64,000 nucleotides of DNA from assembly GCA_051362555.1 (NCBI GenBank), contig CM120640.1:5766001-5830000 (forward strand). Reading direction: 5' to 3'. The translations under genes were made by a program, and so were the position numbers. Source of the stretch: Lingula anatina. Its lineage: Eukaryota; Animalia; Brachiopoda. Within the stretch, counting starts at the first letter, position 1; the number at the start of each line of letters is the position of its first letter. This document shows, in pieces, positions 1 to 16,000 of this stretch. Under the pieces are notes generated by a model. That model saw nothing but the letters and a program-made list of their open reading frames with translations, searched no databases and was not told the origin of the DNA.

Positions 1-79
1 TTTTTTCATGCTCATATTTTCACTAGTGGAAAGTTTTAAAATTAAGTCATATGTCAAAAGACAAAGAAAAAAAACTTAC

Positions 80-233
80 TTTCTATCTCAAACAATGATA
101 CTGTGGATCTGGGATTGAAATTCATCTGCCAGGCTCCCACTAGAGCTGTTAAATGCAGTAATCCGGTGAAAGTATAAAAGGTGACCATGTTGACACATTG
201 CCTGCAGTCCAACATGTTAGCCCAAATCTTCAT
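80..233 (-). CDS. First coding exon (signal peptide + start of mature chain) of a secreted/type I membrane protein, probably semaphorin (Sema-1a-like); gene continues beyond the left edge
   Basis: Exon 80-323 is bounded by acceptor ttttcttttccag (324-325) and donor A|GTAAGT (79-78). All three frames are closed upstream of the ATG at 233, so that part is 5'UTR. Translation: MKIWANMLDCRQCVNMVTFYTFTGLLHLTALVGA-WQMNFNPRSTVSLFEIE. The hydrophobic stretch ends in A-W-Q-x-x-x-x-P-R, recalling the invertebrate Sema-1a N-terminus (AWQENIRPK). Downstream in-frame ATGs are alternative starts. Confidence 0.5.
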
Positions 234-3200
234 ATGGTTCACCTTGATCTAATAGTCGTTGTGGAGGTAGAGTTGATGTCGTGTATCCTTTCTAACAGTC
301 AAGTTCACAATGGTGTCTGCTTTCTGGAAAAGAAAATCAATACTACTGAAAGGGCAAGACCGACTGTGGAATACTGAAGTCTTCAATAGAAACACTTTAT
401 CCATATGTCACCCAATGTACATCTACACTCATATGAACAAACGAGGCAGAAGTTCTAGATATTTTTTCAAGGTGTAATTTATGCTGGTTCTTGGGACTTA
501 GAAGATCTTTCTAACTAAAATAGCAAGATCTAATTTACTGCTACGTGTAAACTGGATCTTGTTAGTTTTGGAGTCTGTTATATTCAATAGTCTGCTTCAC
601 CATATCCAATTCAGTCTAGTTCAATTTGAATTTCTATTCGATATGAATTACTATAATTTTCCTTGTTCATTGTTTAAATCAAAGGAAATTTTGCTATGTC
701 TATGTTTTATTTAGCAAAGCCTTTTTGTACATTTCCCTTCAGATATAATTAGAAACTTGTAACAATAATTCCATTTTTTCTTAACAATATATAATTTTTT
801 AAAGAAACACAGTGGTATGTGTACAACTCCATGTTAGTCATATGGAAATTGTTTATTTCCTATCTGCAAGCAAGAACACTGTGCTCATTGAGAAATTTAA
901 CATTTAAAGATTTCCATCATTTCCTTTCAACCACTTGAACTTTATAATAGTTTCTCTCTCCAATTTCCCTTTGCCTTACCTAACACAGATATCCAAGCAC
1001 TTAGTTATAGGTAATTCAAATCAAAAGAAAAAGAATGGTACAGTCAGTCTATTTCAGTTTTAAATTCATGATAATCAGAGAACACTATCTGCAGTTTCTC
1101 TTTTAAAAAGTTATCCCATTTCTAAGTTGGAATTAATTTCCTGCAACTCTTTTCGACCTTAAGTAACTGAAGTACAAACATACAAACCAAATGAGAATCA
1201 ATTACTCCTTTTTGTCACAAAATCATCCTCCTTATAACAAGAAAAAAATGATAATCAATATCTCAATGATCTGTATATTGACACAACTCTCCTATCATAA
1301 TTACCAGCAAGTCCATGACCAACAGAATCGAATAATTCTATTAAACCAACCTCCCGCATGATACACCTTCGTATAAATATTCTAACCAGAGGAGCCAATT
1401 ATGTATTCACAGTAAATGATAACCAAATGAAAGAAACCAATACCTTAATGTGTCCAATAATTGAAAATCCATTAATCCATGTTGTTATAAGTAGATAAAT
1501 ATGAAGTATGTAAATCCAATAAGTAAGAGGTAAAGTCTACTCGATGGCAGTCAGTGTACTAGTGAATCATTTACTCCACTCCGTCACATCCTCCTTGTTC
1601 AGTGTAGGAGGTAAGGCTTTAAGATACTAATAGAGAGAGGTCTACATACGTTTACACACACCTACTTATTTCTTATAGGCTGCTGGAGGTCACATGACCA
1701 CAGGTGTAGTGAAGGTTTACAATTAAGGGGTCACATGGGCACAGGGGAGCGGGAATACATATTCAGATGCAAATGATTAGAATAATGCTACTTTTCCTGC
1801 CTGGCTGCTTGTGCTTAATGTGCCTAAATCCAAAACAGCAACAGGTTTTAGTGGCAGGGACAAAGGGTATTTGTGTCCCCGTATTGGAGCTTTGCTCACA
1901 ATTGGAGAAAGGTTCATGAAAAAAACAAGGCAAAAAGGGGGTCTAATGGCATAATCTGTCAGCATAGTGGTTAAAAAAGAGCAGTAATGCATAAAATGGG
2001 GTTGATCACCCTGCAGAAATCTTTCAGAATACCGACTGAAAAGAAACCTATTAAACTGTCTCCAAAAGTTAATTGCAGAAGTTTTATCAATGCATCAATC
2101 TTCCCCAAGGTTGTAATCAGAGAGGCGAGGTGTATACCTCCTCACTAGCTGCAAGTGAAATGTGACACGAGCAGAGGTGCCCCTCGACAGATCTGGGCTC
2201 TATGCAAATTATCCCAAGGGTCACCAGCAAACACCTAAGACGTGTGCCTTTCTTGTCTAAACAAACTGGCTGTTGTCCTAGCCAGACCAAGCTAACCAGG
2301 TACCCACCTTAGAAACAATACCCAAACCTTGTTAACAAAACCTAAAGGCTCTGATATAATCATTACGTGCAAGAGGTGCTAACAAAGGAGAGGTCTGACC
2401 CTTTGCAATGGCTGCCCAAACAGCAGTGGACTGAATCACCAGTCAGCATCAATCACGGTAAACAATTTTGGATGACCTTTCATTTGTCACCCAGCCCCAG
2501 CTCTGTCACTGAGCAACAAAAGCACAGCTGGACCTACGCCAACAAACTAAAACTGTTCTTACCCACTGTGCAACAACATATTTTCATGGCAAAACCAACA
2601 CCGCTATCAATAACTGCACTGCCAGACATGTAACAACCACAGTTCAAATACTGACAAGCAGATCTGTGTTTGTAACTGTCAGGTTATGAAATCAGCAAGT
2701 GCACATTTTCCCTTGACCACTGGTCATCTAGCGGTCATTATGTCTTGCATATATGATCTACTGGTTTCTTGCATGATCTGCCACGCAAGCTCATACATCA
2801 AGTGAGTCAGATCTGCTGGAAAGATTCATTAACCTAACCAGTAGGCATCATCTATCAATGTAACACTAAGCAGTCATATGCATAGCCAGAGATAAATGTC
2901 TGCACCCAGCAAAAACAAAAAAGAACTAATAGTGCAAGGAAGAGATAGAATCAATGAACCTTTGAAGCAAAATATAATTAAAAAAACTCTTGCCACCACC
3001 ACCAAAGAGCCAACTGTATCCTTGAGGTGACAGAGAAGACCAAGGTTTTTCTTAAAATAAATCACCAAAATATTCACAAGGAGAGAGAAAAAACAAAATA
3101 AAACAAAACCCTGGCAAGCATGTGTATCACCCTAATCAATCTTATCAATTCAAGATATTCCATAGTATAAGAAAATAAAAACACTGATACTGTATAATAA

Positions 3201-6200
3201 TGAAACAGAGCACTGAAACTTCCAATTTTTCTAACAACCACTAGTATTCAGTCTGTTCCACTTACCTCATCTACACACCAGCAATGCCACCTTAACTATG
3301 TGCCTCAATTTTAAAACACAACTTTCCTTTTCCTCTTACCAACACCTTTATGCCAACAACTTACCTGATGCAGCATATATATATATTACTGATAATCCCC
3401 TGAATCCACTCAGTTAAAGTGTACTGGATTCATGAGGTTCATCATGTAGTAGTGGTGAATCTAATCAGGCCAGAGCAGGGATTCTTTCCCTCTGCTGACT
3501 TCAGTATAAAAGGTCAGAAGTGATAGTAGTCTCTAATCTACTGCATGGCTTCATGTAATCAATTTGTCTAGGTAGCAACCTCAACATGTCTCTTGTCTAT
3601 CACAAGTTTGGAAGTCAAAGATAATTTAGAGTCAGAGTGCAGATTTTTTTCTTCAAAGATTGTTTATTGAAAATAATATTGCATTGATAAAAATATATGT
3701 AGATTGCTTACATTACATATCAATAGTTTACAGCCCTTATTCGTCCTTCCATTTAGAGAGCTGTAATTATCTATTTATTTCTTTTACAGTGTTTTCAACA
3801 GGTGAATATGGTGCTAAATTGTGCTAAATACATAATTAACCAGATCATGTTACTGACCGGTACTTCAGGTATCTCACCAACTACATATTACTGTCTTCTA
3901 CATTCAAATATACTCTTGCTAAGTTTTCATTAAAAAAATAGTTTTTTTTTCAGAAACTTCAGGTTTCCATATTGTGCACTTCAGTCATGTCAAAAGGAAA
4001 TTCACTGCAATACAATTATATAAATGATGCATAATGGCTTCCCGACCCCTGTGTAATTAGAAATGAGGTACAAGTCTTCTTAGTCCTGCACTTTTCCCTG
4101 GGACAATACCTCTGAGACAGGAGCCTTTGATCTCCCTGTTAGAACTGTGAACCCTCAACAGTAACTAATGCATTATCACACCTGTAGAACAATTCTAAAC
4201 TGTAGATCAAAGCAACAGGCAATTCATTTGCTTAATCACAGTTGTATCAGTGGAGTTAAGGTTATCTCACAGACATCATGCCATCTCTCCAGACACAGAG
4301 CAAGGGGAACAGAGCACATATTTCCTACATTTAGATAACATCAATTTCAGGGAGTTTGCTATATTGTGCCACTGTGTGCTGTAGGACAGTGTGTGTGCGT
4401 ATTTAGACAAGTTTGAAAATTGGCAGAATGTGTTACTAAACTTTGACAAAAAATTGAGAAAGTAAGTTTTATTTTCTTACAGGTACTGTAATCTGAGCTT
4501 GGGAATAAATAATTTGCTCTCACAGCAAAAGTGACATTGCTAGCAAAGAGCAAGCAACTTTGTTCTCATTGTAACTTTTCCCAGGGTGCAAAGGACTCCT
4601 AATGTCACAGGCAGGGGGTGATACAGTCATTCATTTTTCAAACAGCGTTTCCCATTCTACATAGCGATTAAATCACTGAGTTTCTCTGGATTTACAACAT
4701 ATTAGCTACAAGGGATTGGTAGCTCCTATACTCACAGAGAGAGCGAGACTTCAGAAATGTAACATATTTCCTTCTTGATGTGTAATTACTGCACTCCTGG
4801 CAGCCTGTACATCCTGGGTCAGATGCAATCTTACACTTATCTCCAGCCCTATCTTGCTGCAAGACAAGTGCCCAGAGGATGCTCTCAATATTCACATTCA
4901 TCAACCTCAAATACTGAATCATATCATTATATCAGAACATCCTTCATACCAAGATGTAAGAATACATAATTCAACATATTCTGAAGTATTGGTTTGACTT
5001 TCAATATCTCTTGTTTGTTAATGCTCTTCACCAAGTGCAACTTTAAAATGACAAGTTTACGTTATACATTGTGACATTTGAATGAGTGACCTTTTGCCTT
5101 CGATAAAATAACCAAGTGTTACATAAGAAAGCAAACAGATTTCATTACATTTAATTTGAAAATACTCCTTAAAGAAATGGGTTTAACATTTCAAGATTAT
5201 ATTAGTCAGGAAATAATGGCTATAAATATATATCCTACATGTTGTAAATATTATGTTAAATAACCGATTATATTTTGTTTTCAAAAAGGAAAACATACCT
5301 TAAGCAATGCTGCCTTAAAATAGAAAGATCAGTTTGTATTTTTTACATTATTTCCACAAAACACAAAACGTAAAATGAAAATTACGTGCACACCAACAGC
5401 TTTCTGACATCAGCATTTTGTTACACATGCTGCTCAGGTTGACATTATGTTGCACATTAAACGGACCTCCTTGCGCATAATGTCTACCCTGGGTCGGTAA
5501 AATGGAACATTTAAACCAATAATCAGAAAACTCTTTTCTCTGTTGGCAAACTTCCAGTAACAACATGTGAGTTTAAGTACCCCTCTGTCACTTTTATGTT
5601 TGTAACTTGTCCGAATGATTACACTTAATATTCATGTTGCACATTAAACAGTAGTTAAAATGCAACAAAAACCCCGTCTTAAGTATCACTAAGATGAAAA
5701 CTGTGGCAACCTCATGAAGCCATAGAGAAGCCAGGAATAATAATTAATTTCCAACCTGAGCAATGATCTCATGGTGTCCCTTCTTCTGTGCAGAGGTCAG
5801 GATCCCTCCATCAACTGCTGCCTCTTTTATATATCTTGTTCATTTGCTTATTTTTACAAGGTAGACGTACAGCAAACTCATCTGTTTGGCACTCCTGTGG
5901 TTTACACAGTGCAATGCATGCTCACATACCACCTCTCCCATCACCAAATACCAACTCAGTACCCGTGTTCTGTTAAATGCTGCCTACCTCCATTGAAACC
6001 AAAGCTGAAGCTAGTTGGACAAAATAGTCGATATTTCTGTCCTTTTTTACAAACTCACCTCTTCTAGAATATCAGCATCCCTCATTCATGCAAGTTTTAA
6101 ATCTCTTCTGGTCTATTGCCACAGAAATTTTGTCAAAAACTGTACAACTTCTGTCTGTTACACTGTTCCACTTGGCATCTCTTTAACCTGTACACTGAGC

Positions 6201-9200
6201 CTGGGTGATTTAAATGGCCTCATTACAAACACTTCCCACAATGCACCCTGGCAGCTCTTTAAATTTGAATGGAGTCAGTTAGATTTGAATGGGCTCTTGG
6301 GGGTACCTGTAAAGGCCAGTTATATAACAGATCAGGTGCCCCAATATAAGGCTTTTGTAGTTAATAAGTGATAAGCAAGACCTGGTTGGCATTGGAGGCA
6401 TGGGGAAGCACTAAAGGGCGATAACAAATGAGTTTAATTTTGAATTTGTGTTTGGAAATTTTTTTCTATTGGAAATCAGTTGATTATTTGTTATTGATTA
6501 ACTGTTACCTGTCCGTTAAAGCTAATTACCAGTTTGAGAATCTTAAAACAAACAAATGGCCATTTACCTTGTTTTATAGAGGGTGTGTTAGTATAAACAT
6601 GAATTTAAATCAATAAGTGATTAAACAGACTTACTGGAACAAAAGACTGAATCTTCTATTTATATGGATCTTCATAGATATTTTATACAAATAATGGCAC
6701 TGTATATTATAAAAGAGAGACAGTGAGTGAGTGTATATTTTTTGTATCTTTTCAACTTGTACTTTATTGAAGTTTTGCATTAAAAAAAGTTATGTCCCTG
6801 GGTACTTTTTTGCCCTCCCATTCATTTTTCTATATCAACCATAAAACATTCTATATCCTTATCATTTACTTCACTATTACTTTCCTTATTTGTTGATGAC
6901 TCAAACATTTCAATATCAGCTTATTTGGGCATCTACCTGTAGCTAATCTTAGATTTAATCATCAAGATTCTAATATCAGTAACACCAACTTCCTGTTGTA
7001 CAAGATATCTCATTGATACAAGACATTCTGTTGAACACTTAAAGGGTCTTCTTTATTTAGACATACAGGATATCTAGAGATAATTAGATAGAGGTGCACA
7101 GTTGAAGAAAAAAGGTAAAAAAAAAATAGACACATTTGAGATCTTCCCTTTAACAATACATATAAATATCACCGCAGAGGATCTGATAAAATATAATAAC
7201 TGTTTTCATCAATTCATAGAAAAAGATGCTTTTCATGTTTGAATTAATACAAAAAAAGTTATTTAGTGTTAGCAAATATAAATTACAGGTGCAGGTGCTA
7301 CCACACTGATATCAAAGGTTAAAAATAATACTTAAAAGAAAACTGACATTTATTAAAGCATGCATGCATATTGCCCTACAATTCACAATATGGAAATTTC
7401 TAAAATTACATGTTTCCACTAAGTTGAGGGTTTCTTATCTGTTTTGATCCTTTTATCTTATTTTTACCAGCATGTAAGTTCCAACAATTATAAATTTATC
7501 ATCTCTCTGATATCTATTTCTAAGATATTGACAGGTTATCTTTCATCATAACTATTTATGCATCGGTAAGAAATTAGCATAGCAGAAAAAACAAAGGCAA
7601 TCAGATATTTCAGTGTTATGAATGCAGGAAGATACAGACATTAGGGTTTTTGGTTAAGAAAAAGGGATACAGGAAGATTGTAGGGGGTGTATTAACATTG
7701 TGATCCCAACTTCTACATGTACATCTGGTAGTCTGAATATTGATATCTTGTGTAGAAGCTCTAAGGAGTTAATTACCTGGGAGCATTATCCAGAGCTATT
7801 GTAATATATTCAATAGATTTCTGTCCTGCTAATCAGGAACCCAACTGGCCTATCATAATTCAACTGCTGTGTAATGACACATCCATGCATATGCCACACA
7901 GTCTAGTCTGTTAGTTCCACTGAAAGCCATACATGTTCAATAAACGTAATGTCATGGTGTTTTTCTTAAATCAATAATATTCAAGAGGAAATATTCTGAA
8001 ATAATTTAGTTTTTATTGCAAAACCTCACCACATACTTTATACATTTATTTGGTAAAAACTACAATATTTGTCTGTTTGTTTATTTATTTATCTATTTCT
8101 TTATGATTAATCTTTTATCACCAGCACAATTTTAAGCATCACATTTTCAGATGCTGCAAACTATAATGCTAGTTCAACTTGCATGTACATGCTACTGCTA
8201 TTCACATGTCACATAAATTGTTTTTGCTGGACAGATGACAGTTTTTAACCAGGGGTGTGGTATATTAGTACCTGTCTCAAAGAAGACAATGACACAATCC
8301 TCTATGACACAACCACCAGTGTGTGTGTCACAGTATAATTTCCTACCCCATCTGACAGCGCGTCTCCATCAGCATATATCATCTATAAGAAATGGCACCC
8401 ATGTCTGCAGAATACTGATCAGATCATGCAAGCTATACTGATATCCCTGGACTAACTCACTACCACCATTGTCACCAGAGCTATAAAAACAGCCAGTCTG
8501 TGGGGAAGGCTAGAAATGATTGAAAATCTATAAATTAAAAAATGAGTGATATACCAGTTATCCCCATGCTTCATCCTTTAAAAAACTGCCACCAACTGCT
8601 GCAAGGGAAGGTGTGCAGTGTTGTGTAAAGCACCTTTTACACCTGTACAAAGTAATATGATCTAATGGCACACAGTTTTTATGACAGTGAAGTAAGCTAC
8701 CACACAAGAGGGATGAGCATGCCTTGCACTGAATTTTAAACAATCAAAATGGTTATGAAGTCAGAGATATACTCTTATAACAAAGCGCATTCAAATAAAC
8801 TGTTGTACAAGCTGGTGTTAAGTGATGTTTTACATCAGTTACGCTTATAGGCTGGTAAGTGCTAAATGCCCAGGTTGTTCTATCCTAATCGGCAATAATA
8901 ACATAAAACTGACTCTTTCCAATATTACTATCAATTGTTTCTGAACCAGTATATAAAGGTTTTCATTCACTTCTGATTGCCGACACCTACACTAATAAGA
9001 AGAGAATGTCAATATCTGCTGCAAAATCAACAACCATTAAAACTGCAACAGCGCAGTTAACTTAATCAAACAGAGCCTCTGGACTAATAGCCTATTATTA
9101 TACAATAATGCACAAGTGGCACAACTCTGGCACAGGTGAGAGAGAAAAGAAAATAGCCGCTTCTCCTCTAATGTTATGTTAGTAAACTTGCTTTCTGCTG

Positions 9201-12200
9201 TTGCCTTAAAATCAATTAATTGTGTCCAAAGGGGAGCGCAGAGGACCTTTTATCTACCATTCATGCAGACAGGAGAGCAATAACACCCAAATTTATTGGC
9301 TGAAAATTTGCTACTGTTTCGACCCACATTGGTGCAAGCCTTCCTGGCCCTGGACTTGGGTTTAGCCTGCCTGGATGCAGCAGTCATGCCTCAAGACATC
9401 TGTGTATGTAATTACCATTCACCTTCTCCTGACTGTGGCATCTGTATGTTCAAATGACAAAGATCACAAAGCACATGGGTAATAAATTCAATGTACAGCT
9501 ACTCCTGGGCAAATCAAAAGGGTCAAGTGTTCAATTTGAGAGTATTAAGTTGTACAAATTGTACTTTTATGCATGCATTTCTAGGGTATAGAAGGAAATT
9601 AGAGGGGGAGGGGCAGAAGAGCAAGTGTCCAGGTATATACTGTCATTTTTTCTCATAGTGAGTGAATAAATAATTGACACAGACATGAGGAAAACAAATG
9701 TCCCATGTGACCAAAACAAAAAGTTATGTTAAAAAACAAGCAAATCCTGAGTAAATTACAAAACACACACAGTCACACAGATGTCTACAAATCCTCTGAA
9801 TGCTACTCTACGTTAACAGATGGGACTCCACAGGTGACATTAACCCTGTCTGCTCACCTGTCTACAGGTGTTCCAAGGTTACAGTGCACTGGAACTCTCA
9901 TCTCATTGAACAACAAAGCATATCCAAAACAATTACAATCACTATCAATAAAACTCAAGAGCACAAGAAGCAGTTGCCCTGTTGGCCTGGCTCACTTCTC
10001 AGGACTCGCATAAAAAAAAACACTTTTATTTCATCACAAAGCCAAGGCATTTGAAGTCTTTTATGGTCTCCTTTTTGTGTGGTGCCTCAAGTTTTTTAGC
10101 CTATTCTTTTGTTGCTCTCTTCAAATTGGTCTCATCCATCTTATCCTTATACAACCTTTGTCAGGCTTTAATTTGGTACACATTAAAATCATAATTTGTC
10201 TGGAGCTGACACACAAATTAATCCAGGCCACCTGAAATTTACACCAAAATTGCAGCATGGATTCAACAAATGTTCCCACATTTTCCCCTAGGGATATATT
10301 TTTCTTACTTCACTCGGTTTCACTATGAAAAGTAGGCACATCTTTTGGCACTTTAACTTATTTAAAATATGGTCCAATTGAGAGGCTCTAAAAAAGTCTT
10401 GTGCATCTTTCATACAAGTTCCTTTATTTGATCATTTTTTTTTTTTATTTAAGGGAAGACAAAAAAAAAATTTAAACTCAAAACAAGATAAATGTTATGG
10501 ATCAGGAATAATGAAATATTTTCTCTTTCACATGACCTATCTAGGCAAACAATTGCCAATTTCAAAGTTCCATCTACAGATACATCAAGTCACGTCAAAT
10601 AACTGACATACAGTTGACATCCTCTGTAACAATACCGTCACCAAATTAGGGACTGACTACAAGCTTTAGTTTATCACTCTGTCGAAAGAGGTAAAGCGTG
10701 TCATCTGATACAAGCACTGCAAAGTAAGGGCATTAAGTTACTTGTGAGCTGAATACACTGAGTGAAATCATTATACTGAAGTTAAGAGCATCCTTCAAAA
10801 AGACCCCTGAGTTGAACTCAGGTTTAGGTATCAAAGACCCATATAGAGGGCAAGAGAGGTACACGGGTCTCTCTCCTTACCTGCAATAACATTGAGTCAC
10901 AGCATGTGATGTATTCTTTTCACCACCGCATGTGACACTCACAATTTTTTTTCTTTTATAGTTTCACTTTGTAATGGGTCCGTACTTTGCACATGCATCT
11001 TTCTGAAAACACTCCTGACTCACTATGGGCACAAATGTTGTGAATCATATCATCCAGGTTATGACAAATTTGAACCATTCTTGTATATACATTGTAACAA
11101 CATTTATTTTGGGTTTCATATTTATTTTCTTTCTTATTATGTGTCCTTACATAGAAAATGAAATGGAGAAAGTCAATTGTGTATTAGTATTTTACTGACT
11201 GATACAGATTCAAATGACATATTTAAATTAAAGAAACCCATCAAAACAGTTTATTTTTTAAAGAACAAGATAATATCTAAATTGTTTTTCTCCTCTGGCT
11301 TTACTCATAATAAACATGCACCACCAATCTACCATTAAAACAAATCATCCCTTATACAGAGTCTCTACTCTAAAAAAAAAATGTTTCTGTAGTCTCTGAA
11401 ACATCTTTGAATTCTTATCATTTATCATAGTTATCTCAATACAGTACATGTATATTCATTATTTATTCCTCAATTTGTTTTTTTATTTCCTTTGCTAAAA
11501 TCAAATGCTTCCCCCCCCCCCCCCCCCGACTCCAACCCCCAGTAGAAATTATGGAATCAGGCAATTAAGGAACTTTCAAAATGTGAAATCAACAGTTTCT
11601 CATCAGTTTTCCTGCATTTATCTCTGCTGTTACACACAACATAAATATAAATAAATGTTTCAATTTGTATGATTAAAATCTGACTCAGATAAACAGTTTC
11701 CCTTCCAGTTTTGTTTTCAAAGAAACACAGCACTAGTTAGATATTCATGTACGATGTTCAGTTACCCATACACCTTTGCCATAATCAAAATGAAAATATT
11801 TGGAGCACTTTAATAACTACTTTATATGGGGTAACTCTTTAGTGTTGACTGTGACATCATAGAGCTCAGGGGCCCTGCAGGTAACAATGCAGGCATTGTC
11901 AAAGTTCCAAGGAGTTGTGAATCACTGCTCTTCACTGTAATTAAGTGCCCATGTAATTATTTACAGGAAAACACTGTCCACTTTAGAACCGAAAGTGACA
12001 TATGACTATTTGGGCGCATGACTGTACCAAAAAATGTCCCATTTTCTCAAATTTAAAAGTGAGAGAAACCACTCAAAATTCATCTTATAAACTTTTCTTT
12101 CACAAGGAGTATTAAATTTTTTATGGAACAATTTTTTTAAGGGAGAGTGCGGTATCAAAGGAGTCCAAATATTGCAGATTTGCTTCTTAAGGGTTCATAA

Positions 12201-12460
12201 CTAAAAATGAAAACATTGTTAATCATTTCTATTAATGAACTTGACTTTGTGAGTCTTGATCCCTAAGTGCGTACCTCTAATATTACCTGTGATTATGCAC
12301 CTGAGACAGACTCTACAAATGGAAGGGTCCACCAGGTAATAGACATGTCTAGCAGGCTTAATTACACAGTCTAGATGAGCTATCTTTAAAAGTGTAGGAT
12401 ATTAAATCTTACTCTCCAACAGAATGAATTATAGTTTTATGTCATGTGAAGGTGTCATGA

Positions 12461-13010
12461 TGTCACCAGAGGTGAAACAGGTACAGTCCCTGCACACTTC
12501 AAAGTAAAGATCAGTAAGAGCCATAATTTGTTTGAGCATTTAAAACAGACTAACATGTCACTTAATGGTATTTACGTTTTGTCACATGCTATATTAGAAT
12601 AAACTGTCAATTTATTTAACAATATGTACACTGAACATACTATGGTCTGTTACGCGTGGCTCATCAATGTTGAGTTTCAACTTCAGTGATCCTGTGTTGA
12701 ATAACATCATTAATTTTGTTATATATTAATATAATTTCATCATGTCACTAAAGGTGAAACAGGTACAGTCAATGCACACTTCAAAGTGACGTTCAGTAAG
12801 AACCATACTCTGTTTGAGCACTTAAAACAGACTAACACATCCTGGTATTCATGTTTTGCTACATGCTACATTGGAATAAACTGTTAATTTAGTTTACAAT
12901 ATGTACACTGACCACAGTTTGTCTATTACATATGACACATCAATGTTAAATGTGCCACCTTTCTGACCTCATGTTGAAAAACATCATTAAATTCGTTATA
13001 TATTAATACA
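12461..13010. repeat. Diverged tandem duplication, ~282-bp unit x2
   Basis: tgtcaccagaggtgaaacaggtacagtccctgcacacttcaaagt at 12461 recurs as tgtcactaaaggtgaaacaggtacagtcaatgcacacttcaaagt at ~12743. Similarity is colinear through aacatcattaa...gttatatattaata. Confidence 0.85.
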
Positions 13011-16000
13011 TTTCCTACTAGAATTAATCATCTAAACATCCCATAAAAACATCCTGTAAAACAAGTTTAAAGTTCTCTGCACAATGATTCAACCAAGAAG
13101 TTTTAACTCAATGAGTATCTCAAATCTACATCAATTAGTAAAATGTACCAGTGTATGTATGTATATATATATATACACTGTACCTTCATGAAAAATATTC
13201 AGCCTAGCCCCTTATAAAAAAACTTCCCCTTTTCATCTAGATAATTTCCCTTTAAAATGTCTTCCTTAAAAATCTGACTAATAAGGAATTAATGGATCTT
13301 CCGAAGGTAAGGTAAATAAATTTAAGTTCAAAATACACAATTAAAGATGGTGAAAATGTACATTTCTGTCTTCTTTTTTATGCCAAAGTAGGACCCTGGA
13401 TGATAATTTATTCCTTCTTAGTCTCTTTGATGGACATTTGCTAACTCTGGAGTTGTTTTTACCTGGATATAAACGACACAGTCCACATTAAAATATACTT
13501 TCAGACTGTTCTAACATGAAAGGCCTAAAAGGAGTTCAATGTTATTAACTTTACATGTTTGAGGCGTAGTCAACAATCATTATATTTCAATTTGGTTGTG
13601 CACATTTAAAAACAATAGACATTTATCGTAGATGGTGCTCACCAAATAAATAATATTTTGAAATTAATCACACATTAAATATCAATTTCACAATGTATAT
13701 CAGATGAATATAAGATATTGATATTTCATTGCACTCAAAAGATATCATCAAACAATTGAAAATAATTCAAATGAAAATTTTATGATTATGATGACACTAA
13801 GTGAGGGAAATTTTTTTTTCACTTAAGTGAAATATCCTGGCCACTGACACATGCACTTTGACCCCATTAAGCCATGATAGACTGAATCTGATTTCATCTT
13901 CATGTCATACCTGTACATCAACCCCCCCCCCCCACACACACACACACATACCAAGACCTTACACACAACTTCTTGCACACACACAATGACTGCTGACACA
14001 CAGAATTTCCCCACAAACAAATTTCTCTTTCCTTCTTTAGTTTAAATTCAATTATTCTCTCAATGCATTGCAGATATATATGTTTGATTACAATCCGGAC
14101 TAATGACTTTACTTCTATTAAGCTGTATCACACAGAGGCCAGGGAGCCACACTTGGACAATAAAAGAGATGTCACATTTGTTGACCTTTTTTGACCCTTG
14201 TCCCTATTCTGGATCCTGTAATTATACACCAGTAAACCACAATTTGGTCATTGTGTCCATCTGACTGCATACATGTATTACTTAGAGATATTCTCTTTAT
14301 TATGAAGAACAACATTCATCACCCACTATATCCCTCTTGCCTGGCTACACAAATATACTTAATGATAACAATGAAGTTTTTTATTATTATAATAATCCTT
14401 GACAACTTCCTTTCTGAGAAAAAATACAATAGCAAAGGGAGGTCAAGACTGAATCTGAAATGTGTCATATCCAAGTTCTGTACTCAGTTCTTTTTACAAC
14501 AACAGGCAACTTCCTTATTCAGAAAAAGTACAATAGCAAAGGAAGGTAATACTGAAACAGGACATATCTCATAAGTCACAAATCTTTTCGAATCTCCACT
14601 TCAAATCCACCAGATTACTAATTCAAACTGTTTTAAATTGTTATCTGCTTTCACTTTAAATACACTGAACAAGTTTTTTTTTCAAAAAAAATGAAATAGT
14701 ATTTGATATTACTAGTTAATGACTGGGCAACCTGCTTATGTAATGTATGTCACATGAATGTGCTATCCCATTACACTCAAAAGAATTACTTGAAATGAAT
14801 CAGTCTGTGTATTATGTGTACCCAAATCTCACAGGTTCATAATTTCCCTCGACATGTAAGGTTTTATTGTAGGCGGGTGGCAGCTGAGAAGTATTACATC
14901 CTGTTACAGGGGATTGGGGGTAAATTAAAAAGCAGGGCATTCTGAATAATATGGTACAGTCATATTGACCCCAAGGGTTGGGCCAAATTTAGACTGGATA
15001 TTATGTGTCCTTTCTACTTGTCATTTCCTTATTAAGAAAAATGGAAGTTTCTCTCCAAAGACTTGACAAAAAAGAACAATTAATATAAAAGGGATAGCAA
15101 ATATTCCGTTTATACAGTTTTTAATGATCAGCTTGAAATATAATCCCTTTTTTAAAAAGTTGAGCACCACACTCTTTTTGAAACTGATTCAACAGGTGAC
15201 ATGGTAGAGTTTTTCTTAGAATTCAACTAATTCATTTCTTGATTGATATTTCAGATATACTCAGTACACTGCCGAGTATGAAAGGGCCAACCTGAAAAAC
15301 AGTTTAACTACAAGCCAGTTATAAAAATACACAGATTAAGTTTTCTATAGAATATATTTGACTGATACCCCTGTTCCGGTGTACAGGTCACTTATATTTT
15401 ACAGATGACATAGTAAGATAAATATGCAATCTTAACCAAACAACTGAATATGAATACAGATTGTATGTGCAAGGACAACATGTTGATCTTTTTTTCATGA
15501 GGTTGAGGTCACGAGAGGTTTGGTTGATTCATTCAACTTCAATGGTGGAAAAGCCACAACAAGAGCAATCCATTGTTCTTAATGGTAAAATTTGGTTTTT
15601 TTCACTCCTTCTGTACAATATCCTGATGTAATAGTGTGGTTATGTGGCTTACGTGGTACTCCATGGAATATAAACTTGACATAATGGCATTAACCCTGCC
15701 CTCTACTGGCAGAAAAAACCTTAAGCTGTCAAGGGTTAAGCACAATATTTCATGCATGAGATTTCAAAAACAAAAAACCTGAAAATGACTTATATCATGA
15801 AGTCATGACTGTGCCTAGATTAGATTGTCTTAATCTTTTTTTCAAAGTTATTTTAAGCTTTATAAACCAAAGTGAAAAGAGGGAAGCTATGTATCAGATG
15901 CTCTTCATTTGAAATCAAACCTGTTTTTGTTTTATTTGAATCAAAGGTTAAATCTTTACAAGTTTCAATAATGACTGGCAAACAACCAAAAAAAAAGGAA

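Noticed and set aside
234-323. Upstream extension of the semaphorin-like ORF, or selenocysteine read-through
   Set aside because: All three frames contain stops (TAG and multiple TGA) and no SECIS is evident. 5'UTR is the simplest reading.
15690-15739. TTAACCC...GGGTTAA piggyBac-like mini element
   Set aside because: Only 50 bp with about 4 bp of inverted match beyond TTAA; could be chance.
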